Of a stretch of 32,000 nucleotides of DNA, positions 7,217 to 17,753 are shown piece after piece. The notes below the pieces were generated by a model, which made no database searches, was not told the DNA's origin, and was given only the letters and a program-made list of their open reading frames with translations. Position numbers and translations under genes: made by a program. Position 1 is the first letter of the stretch. Every line of letters begins with the position of its first letter. The stretch spans positions 270,001-302,000 of the forward strand of contig NZ_JBHSTI010000002.1 in NCBI RefSeq assembly GCF_042660085.1, written 5' to 3'. The stretch comes from Longivirga aurantiaca (GTDB lineage: Bacteria > Actinomycetota > Actinomycetes > S36-B12 > CAIYMF01).

Positions 7217-8257
7217 GTGACCACCTACCGCAGTCCGCTGCTCGAGCTGCCCGGCGCGTGCCCCGCGCCCGAGGGGTCGCCGGACTCCGGCGTGCCGTGG
7301 CACTACGGCGACCCGCACGGCGAGCAGCGGCTGCTGGCATCGGGTGAGGGCTGGGTCGACCTGTCGCACCGCGGGGTCATCTCGGTCACGGGCCCTGACC
7401 GGCTGACGTGGCTGCACTCGCTGACGACCCAGCACGTCGAGTCGCTCGTGCCGGGGGAGTCCGCGCTCGACCTCGTCCTCGACCCGCACGGCCATGTGGA
7501 GCACGAGCTGCACCTGGTCGACGACGGCGAGACCACGTGGATCAGCGTGGAGCCCGCCTCGACCGCGCCCCTCGTGGCGTACCTCGACCGGATGCGGTTC
7601 ATGCTGCGCGTCGAGGTCGCAGACAGAACCGACGAGTATGCCGTCGTCGCCGAGCCGGTCGGCGAGCCGCACGGCTCGCTCCCGACGTACGTGATCCCCC
7701 GCGAGTTCGGGGTGCTCGTCGCGGGCGACGCGGCGTCGGAGAAGTACGTGCCGCTGCGGCCCGACGTCCTCATCGGGCGGGAGGTGCTCGTGCCGCGGGC
7801 CGACCTGCTCGCGTACGTCGACGGACGCCGCGGCGCCGGCACCTGGGCCTGGGAGGCGCTGCGCGTCGCTGCGGGCGTGCCCCGATTCGGTCTCGACACC
7901 GACCACCGCACCATCCCGCAGGAGCTGGGCTGGGTGCCCTCGGCGGTGCACCTGCAGAAGGGGTGCTACCGCGGGCAGGAGACGGTCGCGCGGGTGCACA
8001 ACCTCGGCCGTCCTCCGCGCAGGCTCGTGCAGCTGCACCTCGACGGCAGCGCCGCGCGCACACCGTCACCCGGTGACCCGGTGCTCGCCGACGGCCGCGA
8101 GGTAGGTCGGCTCACGTCGGTCGCGCTGCACCACGAGCTCGGCCCGGTGGCGCTCGCCGTGGTGAAGCGGTCGGTGCCGCTCGACGCCGAGCTCGTCGTC
8201 GGACCGATCGAGTCAGGCGCTGTGTCGGCGTCGCAGGAGACCGTCGTCACCGCCTGA
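7217..8257 (+). CDS. ygfZ: YgfZ-type folate-binding protein (GcvT-like fold, Fe-S cluster maintenance / tRNA modification)
   Basis: HYGDPHGEQRLL.SG.G.VDLSHRGVISVTGPDRLTWLHSLTTQHV..; C-terminal KGCYRGQETVARVHNLGRPPRRLV motif. Confidence 0.8.
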   Translation: MTTYRSPLLELPGACPAPEGSPDSGVPWHYGDPHGEQRLLASGEGWVDLSHRGVISVTGPDRLTWLHSLTTQHVESLVPGESALDLVLDPHGHVEHELHLVDDGETTWISVEPASTAPLVAYLDRMRFMLRVEVADRTDEYAVVAEPVGEPHGSLPTYVIPREFGVLVAGDAASEKYVPLRPDVLIGREVLVPRADLLAYVDGRRGAGTWAWEALRVAAGVPRFGLDTDHRTIPQELGWVPSAVHLQKGCYRGQETVARVHNLGRPPRRLVQLHLDGSAARTPSPGDPVLADGREVGRLTSVALHHELGPVALAVVKRSVPLDAELVVGPIESGAVSASQETVVTA

Positions 8258-8500
8258 CCGACACGTCGGCCTATCCCGCTGATCCGTTGCAGGACAATGG
8301 ATCCACGGGTTCCCGTCCGGCAGCGGACGACGTGGGAGCGTGATCACGACGGTCGGCGCCGAGCCTCGAGCAGCGCGGTCGGCGAGCGTGCCGATCAACC
8401 AGTGTCCGTCGTCACAGCCAGGAAACGCCCGCGGAACGTCGTCTTTGGCATGCTGTGGGTCCGAGCCGCGACGTCGTGGCCCGACTTGGGAGGAGCACCG

Positions 8501-9400
8501 ATGACGAAGGTGACGAAGGCGGTCATCCCGGCAGCAGGTCTCGGCACGCGGTTCCTGCCCGCGACCAAGGCGACTCCCAAGGAGATGCTCCCCGTCGTCG
8601 ACACCCCCGCCATCGAGCTGGTGGTGCAGGAGGCCGCCAACGCCGGCCTCACCGACGTGCTCATGGTGACCGGCCGCAGCAAGCGCGCGCTCGAGGACCA
8701 TTTCGACCGCGCCGCCGAGCTCGAGACCACGCTCGAGGCCAAGGGCGACCTGGAGAAGCTGGCCCTGGTACGCCACAGCACCGACATGGCGACGGTCCAC
8801 TACGTACGTCAGGGCGAGCCGCGCGGCCTCGGGCACGCCGTCCTCTGCGCCTCCCGGCACGTCGGCAAGGAGCCGTTCGCGGTCCTGCTCGGCGACGACC
8901 TCATCGACCCGCGCGACCCGCTGCTCACCCGCATGGTCGACCTGCGCGAGCAGCTCGGCGGCAGCGTCGTCGCGCTCATGGAGGTGCCGCGCTCGCAGAT
9001 CCACCTGTACGGCTGTGCGGCCATCGAGGCGATCGGGGACGACCCCGACGTCGTGCGCATCACCGATCTCGTCGAGAAGCCGGCGACGGACGAGGCCCCC
9101 AGCCTCTACGCCGTCATCGGCCGGTACGTGCTCGACCCGCACGTGTTCGACATCCTCGAGCGCACCGAGCCCGGCCGCGGTGGAGAGATCCAGCTGACCG
9201 ACGCGCTGCGCGTGCTCGCGGCCGACACCCCGTCGGCGATCGGCGGCGGAGTGACCGGCATCGTGTTCCGCGGCCGCCGCTACGACACGGGCGACCGGCA
9301 GTCGTACCTCCAGGCCGTCGTCCGCCTCGCCTGCGAGCGCGACGACCTCGGCCCCGAGTTCGCCGCCTGGCTCAAGGAGTTCGTCCCCACCCTCCCCTAG
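8501..9400 (+). CDS. galU: UTP-glucose-1-phosphate uridylyltransferase
   Basis: KAVIPAAGLGTRFLPATKATPKEMLPVVDTPAIELVVQEA..GRSKRALEDHFD..VRQGEPRGLGHAV..VLLGDDL; GGGAGGAG RBS before the ATG at 8501. Confidence 0.9.
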   Translation: MTKVTKAVIPAAGLGTRFLPATKATPKEMLPVVDTPAIELVVQEAANAGLTDVLMVTGRSKRALEDHFDRAAELETTLEAKGDLEKLALVRHSTDMATVHYVRQGEPRGLGHAVLCASRHVGKEPFAVLLGDDLIDPRDPLLTRMVDLREQLGGSVVALMEVPRSQIHLYGCAAIEAIGDDPDVVRITDLVEKPATDEAPSLYAVIGRYVLDPHVFDILERTEPGRGGEIQLTDALRVLAADTPSAIGGGVTGIVFRGRRYDTGDRQSYLQAVVRLACERDDLGPEFAAWLKEFVPTLP

Positions 9401-9410
9401 CCCGGGGTTT

Positions 9411-9502
9411 GCGATGAGGGGGTGGGCCCCCGCCGGGCGAGAATGGCCGAAGGCCCCGCCCGGTAGGGGCCTTCGTTGCTCAGAGCGCAACAAGGTCGGC
9501 CT
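9411..9502 (+). repeat. Copy A of a split intergenic repeat (GCGATGAGGGGG ... GGCCTTCGTTGCTCAGAGCGCAACA..TCGGCCT) carrying a 45-nt insertion relative to copy B
   Basis: Direct comparison with 20938..20983. Confidence 0.6.
9448..9475 (+). terminator. Hairpin downstream of galU
   Basis: CGAAGGCCCC-gcccggta-GGGGCCTTCG, a 10-bp stem followed by TTGCT. Confidence 0.55.
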
Positions 9503-9574
9503 CCATGCTCACCGGGTTGATTCTTCGCCAGGCATCGGGCCGTGGTTCCGACGGTCCCGCCGCAGCGCGTCCGG

Positions 9575-10045
9575 CTAGTCGGCGTCGACGTCGATCACGA
9601 GGGTGATCGGGCCGTCGTTCACCAGCGCTACCGCCATGTCGGCGCCGAACACGCCGGTGCCGACGCTCGCGCCGCGGGCACGGAGCTCGGCGACGACCGC
9701 CTCCACAAGTGGTTCGGCCACGGGGCGCGGGGCAGCCGCCGTCCAGGTGGGTCGGCGACCCTTGCGTGCGTCGCCGTACAGCGTGAACTGGCTGACGACG
9801 ATGAGCGGGAGCCCCAGCTCGGCGGCGGACAGCTCGCGACGGCCGTCGGGCACCTCGCCGTTCGCGTGCCCGGGGTCGAAGATCCGCAGCTCGTGGATCT
9901 TGGCGGCGAGGCGGACGGCACGGGCGGGGGAGTCGTCGTGCGTGACTCCGACCAGGACGAGGAGCCCAGGCCCGTCGAAGGCGGAGACGACGTCGCCGTC
10001 GACGGTCACCGACGCACCGCGGGCACGCTGCACGATCGCTCTCAC
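9575..10045 (-). CDS. dtd: D-aminoacyl-tRNA deacylase
   Basis: (V)RAIVQRARGASVTVDG..GPGLLVLVGVTHDD..KI.ELRIF......LSAAELGLPLIVVSQFTLYGDARKGRRPTW..A.P..AEPL..GVFGADM.V.LVNDGP.TL. Confidence 0.9.
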   Translation of the reverse strand: MRAIVQRARGASVTVDGDVVSAFDGPGLLVLVGVTHDDSPARAVRLAAKIHELRIFDPGHANGEVPDGRRELSAAELGLPLIVVSQFTLYGDARKGRRPTWTAAAPRPVAEPLVEAVVAELRARGASVGTGVFGADMAVALVNDGPITLVIDVDAD

Positions 10046-10070
10046 GCGCTGATCGTGCCAGGCGTGGCCT

Positions 10071-13046
<2,976 letters not shown>

Positions 13047-13110
13047 CTACCCCCTCGGATTGAGCGCTCGCGGCCGACTCGTCGCCGCGGGTGGCGCCTG
13101 ACGTGCCACG

Positions 13111-13965
13111 ATGGGCGTCGTGCCCGCTGAGACCCTCATCACCGTGGCCCCGACCGGGGCCGAAACCGACAAATCGGACGCTCCGGCCCTGCCCGTGACG
13201 CTCGACGAGCTCGTGGCCACCGCGAAGGCCTGCGAGGCGGCTGGCGCCGGCCTCATCCACGTCCACATCCGCGACGCCGATGCCCGGCCCACGCTCGACC
13301 TCGGGCGGCTGACCGACACGGTCCAGGCGCTCCGCGAGGGCACCGACCTCGTCGTCCAGCTGAGCACGGGCGGAGCGGTCACCGACCCCTTCGAGCACCG
13401 TCTGCGGGTCCTCGACGCCGACCCCGACTCGTGCTCGCTCACGTGCGGCACGGTCAACTTCGGGTCCGACGTCTTCATGAACCCCTGGGACTTCATGGTC
13501 GAGCTCTACCGCAAGACCCAGGCTCTCGAGGTGGTGCCCGAGTTCGAGCTCTTCGACCTCGGTCACGTGGCCGCGCTCAACCGGCTGCTGGACAAGGAGG
13601 GCCTCCCGTACGGCGGGAAGGTCCACTGCGACCTCGTGCTGGGCGTCCCGGGCGGGGCTCCGGGAACGACGGAGTCGGTCGTGACCATGGCCCGGATGCT
13701 CCCCGAGGGCGCGACCTGGTCCGCCACCGGTGTCGGCCGGTCGACCATGCCGGTGGCCCTCGCGGCCCTCTCGGCCGGCGGCCATCTGCGCGTCGGCATG
13801 GAGGACACGCTCACGTACGCCCCGGGCCGCCCGGTGCGTGACAACGCAGAACTTGTAGAAAGAGCCGCTGAGCTCTCAAGGTTGGCCCTGCGCGTGCCGA
13901 TGACCGTGGAAGGGGCGCGTGCAATGCTCAACATCAAGGACCGAAGGACTGGGGTGGCCGCATGA
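13111..13965 (+). CDS. 3-keto-5-aminohexanoate cleavage enzyme family (BKACE, DUF849)
   Basis: LITVAPTGAE..P.LPVT.DELV..AKACEAAGAGLIHVHIRD....PTLD..RL..TV.ALRE.TDLVVQLSTGG..CSL.CGTVNFG.DVF.N..EFELFD.GH...GGHLRVGMEDT. Confidence 0.85.
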   Translation: MGVVPAETLITVAPTGAETDKSDAPALPVTLDELVATAKACEAAGAGLIHVHIRDADARPTLDLGRLTDTVQALREGTDLVVQLSTGGAVTDPFEHRLRVLDADPDSCSLTCGTVNFGSDVFMNPWDFMVELYRKTQALEVVPEFELFDLGHVAALNRLLDKEGLPYGGKVHCDLVLGVPGGAPGTTESVVTMARMLPEGATWSATGVGRSTMPVALAALSAGGHLRVGMEDTLTYAPGRPVRDNAELVERAAELSRLALRVPMTVEGARAMLNIKDRRTGVAA

Positions 13966-14519
13966 CCAAGCCGATGCCGGGTGGACGCCGTCGCGTCGAC
14001 CGAGTGCTCGACCCCGCGTTCGTCCAGGGCGTCGAGGACCTGACCATGGCCGAGGTGCGCGAGCGTCGCGCCGACGCCGATCAGGAGGAGACCGACCTCT
14101 CGCACAACCGCTCCAAGCTGATCGCGCGCATCGACCTGCTGAAGGCGGAGCAGTCGCGTCGCGCGGGCACGATGGAGGGCTCGATCATCGACGCGCTCCC
14201 GCAGATCCTCGCCGGCCCGGGCCAGCGTCGGACCCACGGCAGCGGCCGGCACATCCACACCGAGCCGAGCCGTCTCGACGAGCACCGTCGCAAGGAGGAG
14301 GCGATCGTCGCCGACACCGAGCTGTCGGACGTCTCGCACCTGACCGACGACGAGCTCGTCGCTGGGATCGCGGCGCTGCAGGAGGCCGAGCACGAGGTGT
14401 CCGAGGTCCGTCACGACGTCCAGCAGGTCATGGACTTCTTCCAGGCCGAGATCGGACGTCGCTACCGCGAGGGCCTCGCGAACGTCGACGACCTGCTCAC
14501 CGCGCCTCCCGGTGCCTGA
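13962..14519 (+). CDS. RsiG-like protein (candidate c-di-GMP-binding anti-sigma factor of the WhiG/FliA-type sigma)
   Basis: E143-HEV-S147-EV-R150-HDV-Q154-QVM-D158 is a perfect E(X)3S(X)2R(X)3Q(X)3D motif. E43-TDL-S47-HN-R50-SKL-I54-ARI-D58 is the same motif with Q replaced by I, exactly 100 residues earlier. The start ATG overlaps the BKACE stop (ATGA). Confidence 0.6.
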   Translation: MTKPMPGGRRRVDRVLDPAFVQGVEDLTMAEVRERRADADQEETDLSHNRSKLIARIDLLKAEQSRRAGTMEGSIIDALPQILAGPGQRRTHGSGRHIHTEPSRLDEHRRKEEAIVADTELSDVSHLTDDELVAGIAALQEAEHEVSEVRHDVQQVMDFFQAEIGRRYREGLANVDDLLTAPPGA

Positions 14520-15474
14520 CCGCTCGTCGGTCGTCCTCGCCGAGGTCGTCCGGAGCGGTTTCGTCGAGGGCGTCCACCGGGGCTCCCTCGTCGTCCTGGA
14601 CGCCGACGGCACCCTGCTGCACGCGTACGGCGACATCACGTCGCCGGTGTTCCCGCGCTCGTCCAACAAGCCGATGCAGGCCGCGGGCCTGGTCGAGCTC
14701 GGCTACGCCGGGCGCGACGCCCGGCTCGCGATCGCGGCGGCGTCCCACTGGGGCGAGCCGCACCACCTCGTGACGGTCCGCGAGGTGCTCGCCGCCGCCG
14801 GGCTCGACGACTCCCACCTCCGCACGCCGGCGGACTGGCCCGCGGGCGACGCCGCACGGGACGAGCTCGTCCGGGCGGGCGGGCACGCCGCTCCGATCTT
14901 CATGAACTGCTCGGGCAAGCACGCGGCGATGCTCGCGACCTGCGTGGCGCAGGGCTGGCCGCTCGACGACTACCGCGCCGCCGACCACCCGCTGCAGCAG
15001 CACCTCGCCGGCACCGTCGCGCGGATCGCGGGCGAGACGCCGTCGGACGTCGGCATCGACGGCTGCGGCGCCCCCGTGCTCTCGCTGTCCCTGACTGCCC
15101 TCGCCCGAGCCTTCTCCCGGTGCGTCACGGCCGAGCAGGGCTCCCCGGAGAGGCTCGTCGCCGACGCCATGCGGGCCCATCCCGCCCAGGTCGGCGGCCA
15201 CGGACACGACGCCACCCTGTTCATGCAGGGCGTGCCCGGGCTCCTCGTGAAGGACGGCGCGGAGGGTGTATACGCCGCCGCTCTCGGCGATGGCCGTGCG
15301 GTGGCGCTCAAGGTCGACGACGGCGCAGCGCGTGCGCGGCCGCTGCTCCTCGCTGCGGCGCTGCGCTCGCTCGGGGTGCAGGCGCCAGTGCTCGAGGAGT
15401 TCGTCGAGCTCACGCTGCTCGGCGGCGGCGTGCCTGTCGGCGCCGTCCGCGTCGAACCCGCTCTTTTCGCCTGA
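14512..15474 (+). CDS. Asparaginase II-type (asparaginase_II family) protein
   Basis: LAEVVRSGFVEGVHRGSLVVLD..G......G.....VFPRSSNKPMQA..........HWGEP.H...V........CSGKHAAML..GIDGCGAP..DGAEGV. The GTG at 14512 overlaps the upstream gene by 8 nt. Confidence 0.8.
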   Translation: MPDRSSVVLAEVVRSGFVEGVHRGSLVVLDADGTLLHAYGDITSPVFPRSSNKPMQAAGLVELGYAGRDARLAIAAASHWGEPHHLVTVREVLAAAGLDDSHLRTPADWPAGDAARDELVRAGGHAAPIFMNCSGKHAAMLATCVAQGWPLDDYRAADHPLQQHLAGTVARIAGETPSDVGIDGCGAPVLSLSLTALARAFSRCVTAEQGSPERLVADAMRAHPAQVGGHGHDATLFMQGVPGLLVKDGAEGVYAAALGDGRAVALKVDDGAARARPLLLAAALRSLGVQAPVLEEFVELTLLGGGVPVGAVRVEPALFA

Positions 15475-15523
15475 CGCACGGATGTGCCCGAGAACCCTGA
15501 GGTTCTCGGGCACATCCGTGCGT
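15474..15523. terminator. Bidirectional hairpin terminator (perfect 23-bp stem)
   Basis: ACGCACGGATGTGCCCGAGAACC-ctga-GGTTCTCGGGCACATCCGTGCGT, between convergent genes. Confidence 0.7.
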
Positions 15524-15531
15524 GCGGTCGC

Positions 15532-16026
15532 TCAGCAGCAGGCAGGGGCTCCGGCGGTGGCGGGCTCCGGCTCGGTCGCGGCGGCGTCGGGAGCGCAGCA
15601 GCCGGCCTCGGTCGACGTCGTGATGTCGTCGGCGAAGAAGGTCGGGCTGTCCGACAGCACCGTGTAGATCTCCCAGCGCTCGCCGTCCGGGGAGCCCTCG
15701 ACCCAGAACTTGTCCTGCTTCGCGTAGCAGCAGGTCGTGCCACGCTCGTCGATCGAGGCCAGCCCGCCCTCCGCGAGCCGGGTCTGGGCGGCATCCACGT
15801 CGTCCACGGACGGCATCTCGACACCGAGGTGGTTGAGCGTGCCGCCCTGGCCCTTGTTCTCGAGCAGCACGAGCTTGAGGGGCGGGCTGGTGATCGCGAA
15901 GTTGGCGTATCCCGGTCGCGTCTTGGCGGGCTCGACGCCGAAGAGCTTGGAGTAGAAGGCGGTGGCGGCCTCGACGTCGTCGACGTTGAGAGCGAGCTGC
16001 ACGCGGGCGGGGGCGGTCGTTCCCAT
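15532..16026 (-). CDS. ArsI/CadI-family VOC (glyoxalase-fold) metalloenzyme with a Cys-rich C-terminal tail
   Basis: RVQLALNVDDVEAATAFYSKLFGVEPAKTRPGYANFAI..PPLKLVLLEN.G.GGTLNHLGVE..GTTCCYAKQDKFWV..GERWEIYTVL is very close to M. tuberculosis CadI and to ArsI C-As lyases, including the vicinal CC pair. The tail carries GCCAPD...APACC. The ATG at 16026 is preceded by GGAGGA. Confidence 0.85.
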   Translation of the reverse strand: MGTTAPARVQLALNVDDVEAATAFYSKLFGVEPAKTRPGYANFAITSPPLKLVLLENKGQGGTLNHLGVEMPSVDDVDAAQTRLAEGGLASIDERGTTCCYAKQDKFWVEGSPDGERWEIYTVLSDSPTFFADDITTSTEAGCCAPDAAATEPEPATAGAPACC

Positions 16027-16045
16027 GGTGTCCTCCGAGAGTTTC

Positions 16046-16077
16046 ATCGATGTTCATCAATATCGATCTGTATCGAT
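16046..16077. promoter_or_regulatory. AT-rich divergent promoter/operator region with three ATCGAT palindromes (candidate ArsR operator)
   Basis: ATCGAT occurs at 16046, 16062 and 16072 within TTCATCGATGTTCATCAATATCGATCTGTATCGATG. This is the only strongly AT-rich stretch between the ArsI/CadI gene and arsR. Confidence 0.4.
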
Positions 16078-16114
16078 GTTGCCCCGAAGGATCGACCCAT
16101 GTCAATATTCATGC

Positions 16115-16489
16115 ATGTCGAAGAATGCAGCGGTGCCGGCCAGCCCCGCACTGGAGCTGCCGGTGCTCGACCTGGCCGACTGCTGCGCGCCCATCCGGCG
16201 CGAGCCGATCGACGCCGATGGCGCGGTGACGCTGGCCGAGGCGTTCAAGGCCCTGGCCGATCCGGTGCGGTTGCAGCTGCTCAACCTCATCGCTACCGCC
16301 GACACCGGCGAGGCCTGCGCGTGCGACCTCGTCGAGCCGGTCGGCAAGAGCCAGCCCACCGTCAGCCATCACCTCAAGGTGCTGCGCGAGGCCGGCCTCA
16401 TCGAGGGCGAGAAGCGCGGCACCTGGGTCTGGTACTCCGTCGTTCCGTCCCGGCTCGACGAGCTGCAGCGTGTCCTCGGCCGGCGCTGA
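16115..16489 (+). CDS. arsR: ArsR/SmtB-family metalloregulator
   Basis: LAEAFKALADPVRLQLLNLIA....GEACACDLVEPVGKSQPTVSHHLKVLREAGLIEGEKRGTWVWYSV. The start is ATG 16115; ATG 16076 is an alternative. Confidence 0.85.
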   Translation: MSKNAAVPASPALELPVLDLADCCAPIRREPIDADGAVTLAEAFKALADPVRLQLLNLIATADTGEACACDLVEPVGKSQPTVSHHLKVLREAGLIEGEKRGTWVWYSVVPSRLDELQRVLGRR

Positions 16490-16539
16490 CCCACCGACGA
16501 ATCCGCACCTCACCAACCCCTCAGACCGCTGGAGCCCAC

Positions 16540-16962
16540 GTGTCGACCAAGCCCTCCGTCCTGTTCGTCTGCGTGCACAACGCGGGCCGTTCCCAGATGG
16601 CGGCGGCCTACCTCACCCACCTCGCGGGCGACCGCATCGAGGTGCGCTCGGCGGGATCCGCGCCGGCCGACTCGGTGAACCCGGCCGTGGTCGAGGCGCT
16701 GCTCGAGGAGGGCATCGACATCTCGGCGGAGACCCCCAAGGTGCTCACCACCGAGGCGGTCCAGGCGTCCGACTACGTCATCACCATGGGCTGCGGCGAC
16801 GCGTGCCCGTTCTTCCCCGGCAAGACCTATCTCGACTGGGTCCTCACCGACCCGGCCGGCCAGGGCGTGGACGCCGTGCGCCCGATCCGCGACGAGATCC
16901 GCGGTCGCATCGAGGGGCTGATCGCCGAGATCGACGCGGCTGCGGCCTCCTCGGCGTCGTGA
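16540..16962 (+). CDS. arsC: Arsenate reductase, LMW-PTPase type
   Basis: VLFVCVHNAGRSQMAAA (CX5R P-loop)..IEVRSAGSAP...VNP.VVEAL.E.GIDIS...PK.L......SDYVITMGCGDACP. Confidence 0.9.
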   Translation: MSTKPSVLFVCVHNAGRSQMAAAYLTHLAGDRIEVRSAGSAPADSVNPAVVEALLEEGIDISAETPKVLTTEAVQASDYVITMGCGDACPFFPGKTYLDWVLTDPAGQGVDAVRPIRDEIRGRIEGLIAEIDAAAASSAS

Positions 16963-17672
16963 CGCCGCTGCCCCTTCCCCGGCGCCTGCTCGCCGAGGGC
17001 CTCGGCACGCTGCTGCTCGTGGCCACCGTCGTCGGGTCCGGGATCGCGGCGGCGTCCCTCTCTCCGGGCAACGTCGGTCTGCAGCTCCTCGAGAACGCGC
17101 TCGCCACGGGTGCGGTCCTGTTCGTGCTGATCGCCACGCTCGGCCCGGTGTCGGGCGCGCACTTCAACCCCGTGGTCACCGGCATCGACGCCTGGCTCGG
17201 CGGCCTCCCCAAGCGGGATGCGCTGCCCTACGTCGTGGTGCAGGTGGTCGGCGCCTGCCTCGGTGCGGTGCTGGCCAACCTCATGTTCGGGCTCGCCGCC
17301 GTGTCGGTCTCGACGCACGAGCGCACCGGCTCGGCGCTCTGGCTGTCGGAGGTCGTGGCCACCTTCGGGCTCCTGCTCGTCATCCTCGGCCTCGTGCGCG
17401 CCGGCCGATCGTCGTGGATCCCGGCCGCCGTGGCGTCGTACATCGTGGGCGCCTACTGGTTCACGGCCTCGACGTCGTTCGCGAACCCGGCCGTCACCAT
17501 CGGACGCACGCTGTCCGACACGTTCGCCGGTATCGCGCCGGCGAGCGTGCCCGGCTTCGTCGTGGCGCAGGTGCTCGGAGCGGTCCTCGCGACGGTCGTC
17601 GTCCTCGTGATCTGGCCGCGCCACTCGGCGGCGGTGGCGGTGGCCATCGACGTCCAGGAGGAGACGCGCTGA
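16959..17672 (+). CDS. MIP-family channel (aquaglyceroporin, AqpS/GlpF-like) within the ars operon
   Basis: The GTG overlaps the arsC stop (GTGA). LAEGLGTLLLV..SGAHFNPVVT (first NPx box)..FANPAVTIGR (NPA box); six predicted hydrophobic segments. Confidence 0.85.
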   Translation: MTPLPLPRRLLAEGLGTLLLVATVVGSGIAAASLSPGNVGLQLLENALATGAVLFVLIATLGPVSGAHFNPVVTGIDAWLGGLPKRDALPYVVVQVVGACLGAVLANLMFGLAAVSVSTHERTGSALWLSEVVATFGLLLVILGLVRAGRSSWIPAAVASYIVGAYWFTASTSFANPAVTIGRTLSDTFAGIAPASVPGFVVAQVLGAVLATVVVLVIWPRHSAAVAVAIDVQEETR

Positions 17673-17753
17673 GCGTCACGCCCTGAGCACGCGACTCAGC
17701 CGGTCGCGCGGACGAGACCGGCGCTGACGCCGTGGTGGCGCCGTGGAGGTGCC

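Noticed and set aside
8258-8500. 243-bp untranslated region upstream of galU, inspected for a riboswitch or small RNA.
   Set aside because: I could not recognise any known riboswitch core or a convincing conserved-looking structure by eye. It is left unannotated rather than guessed.
9413-9577. ORFs reading through the split repeat (ATG 9413 to TAG 9577, and 20902..21093+) as a possible duplicated small protein.
   Set aside because: The shared nucleotide motif is translated in different frames at the two sites, and the peptides are Arg/Gly-rich noise. The conservation is at DNA level only.
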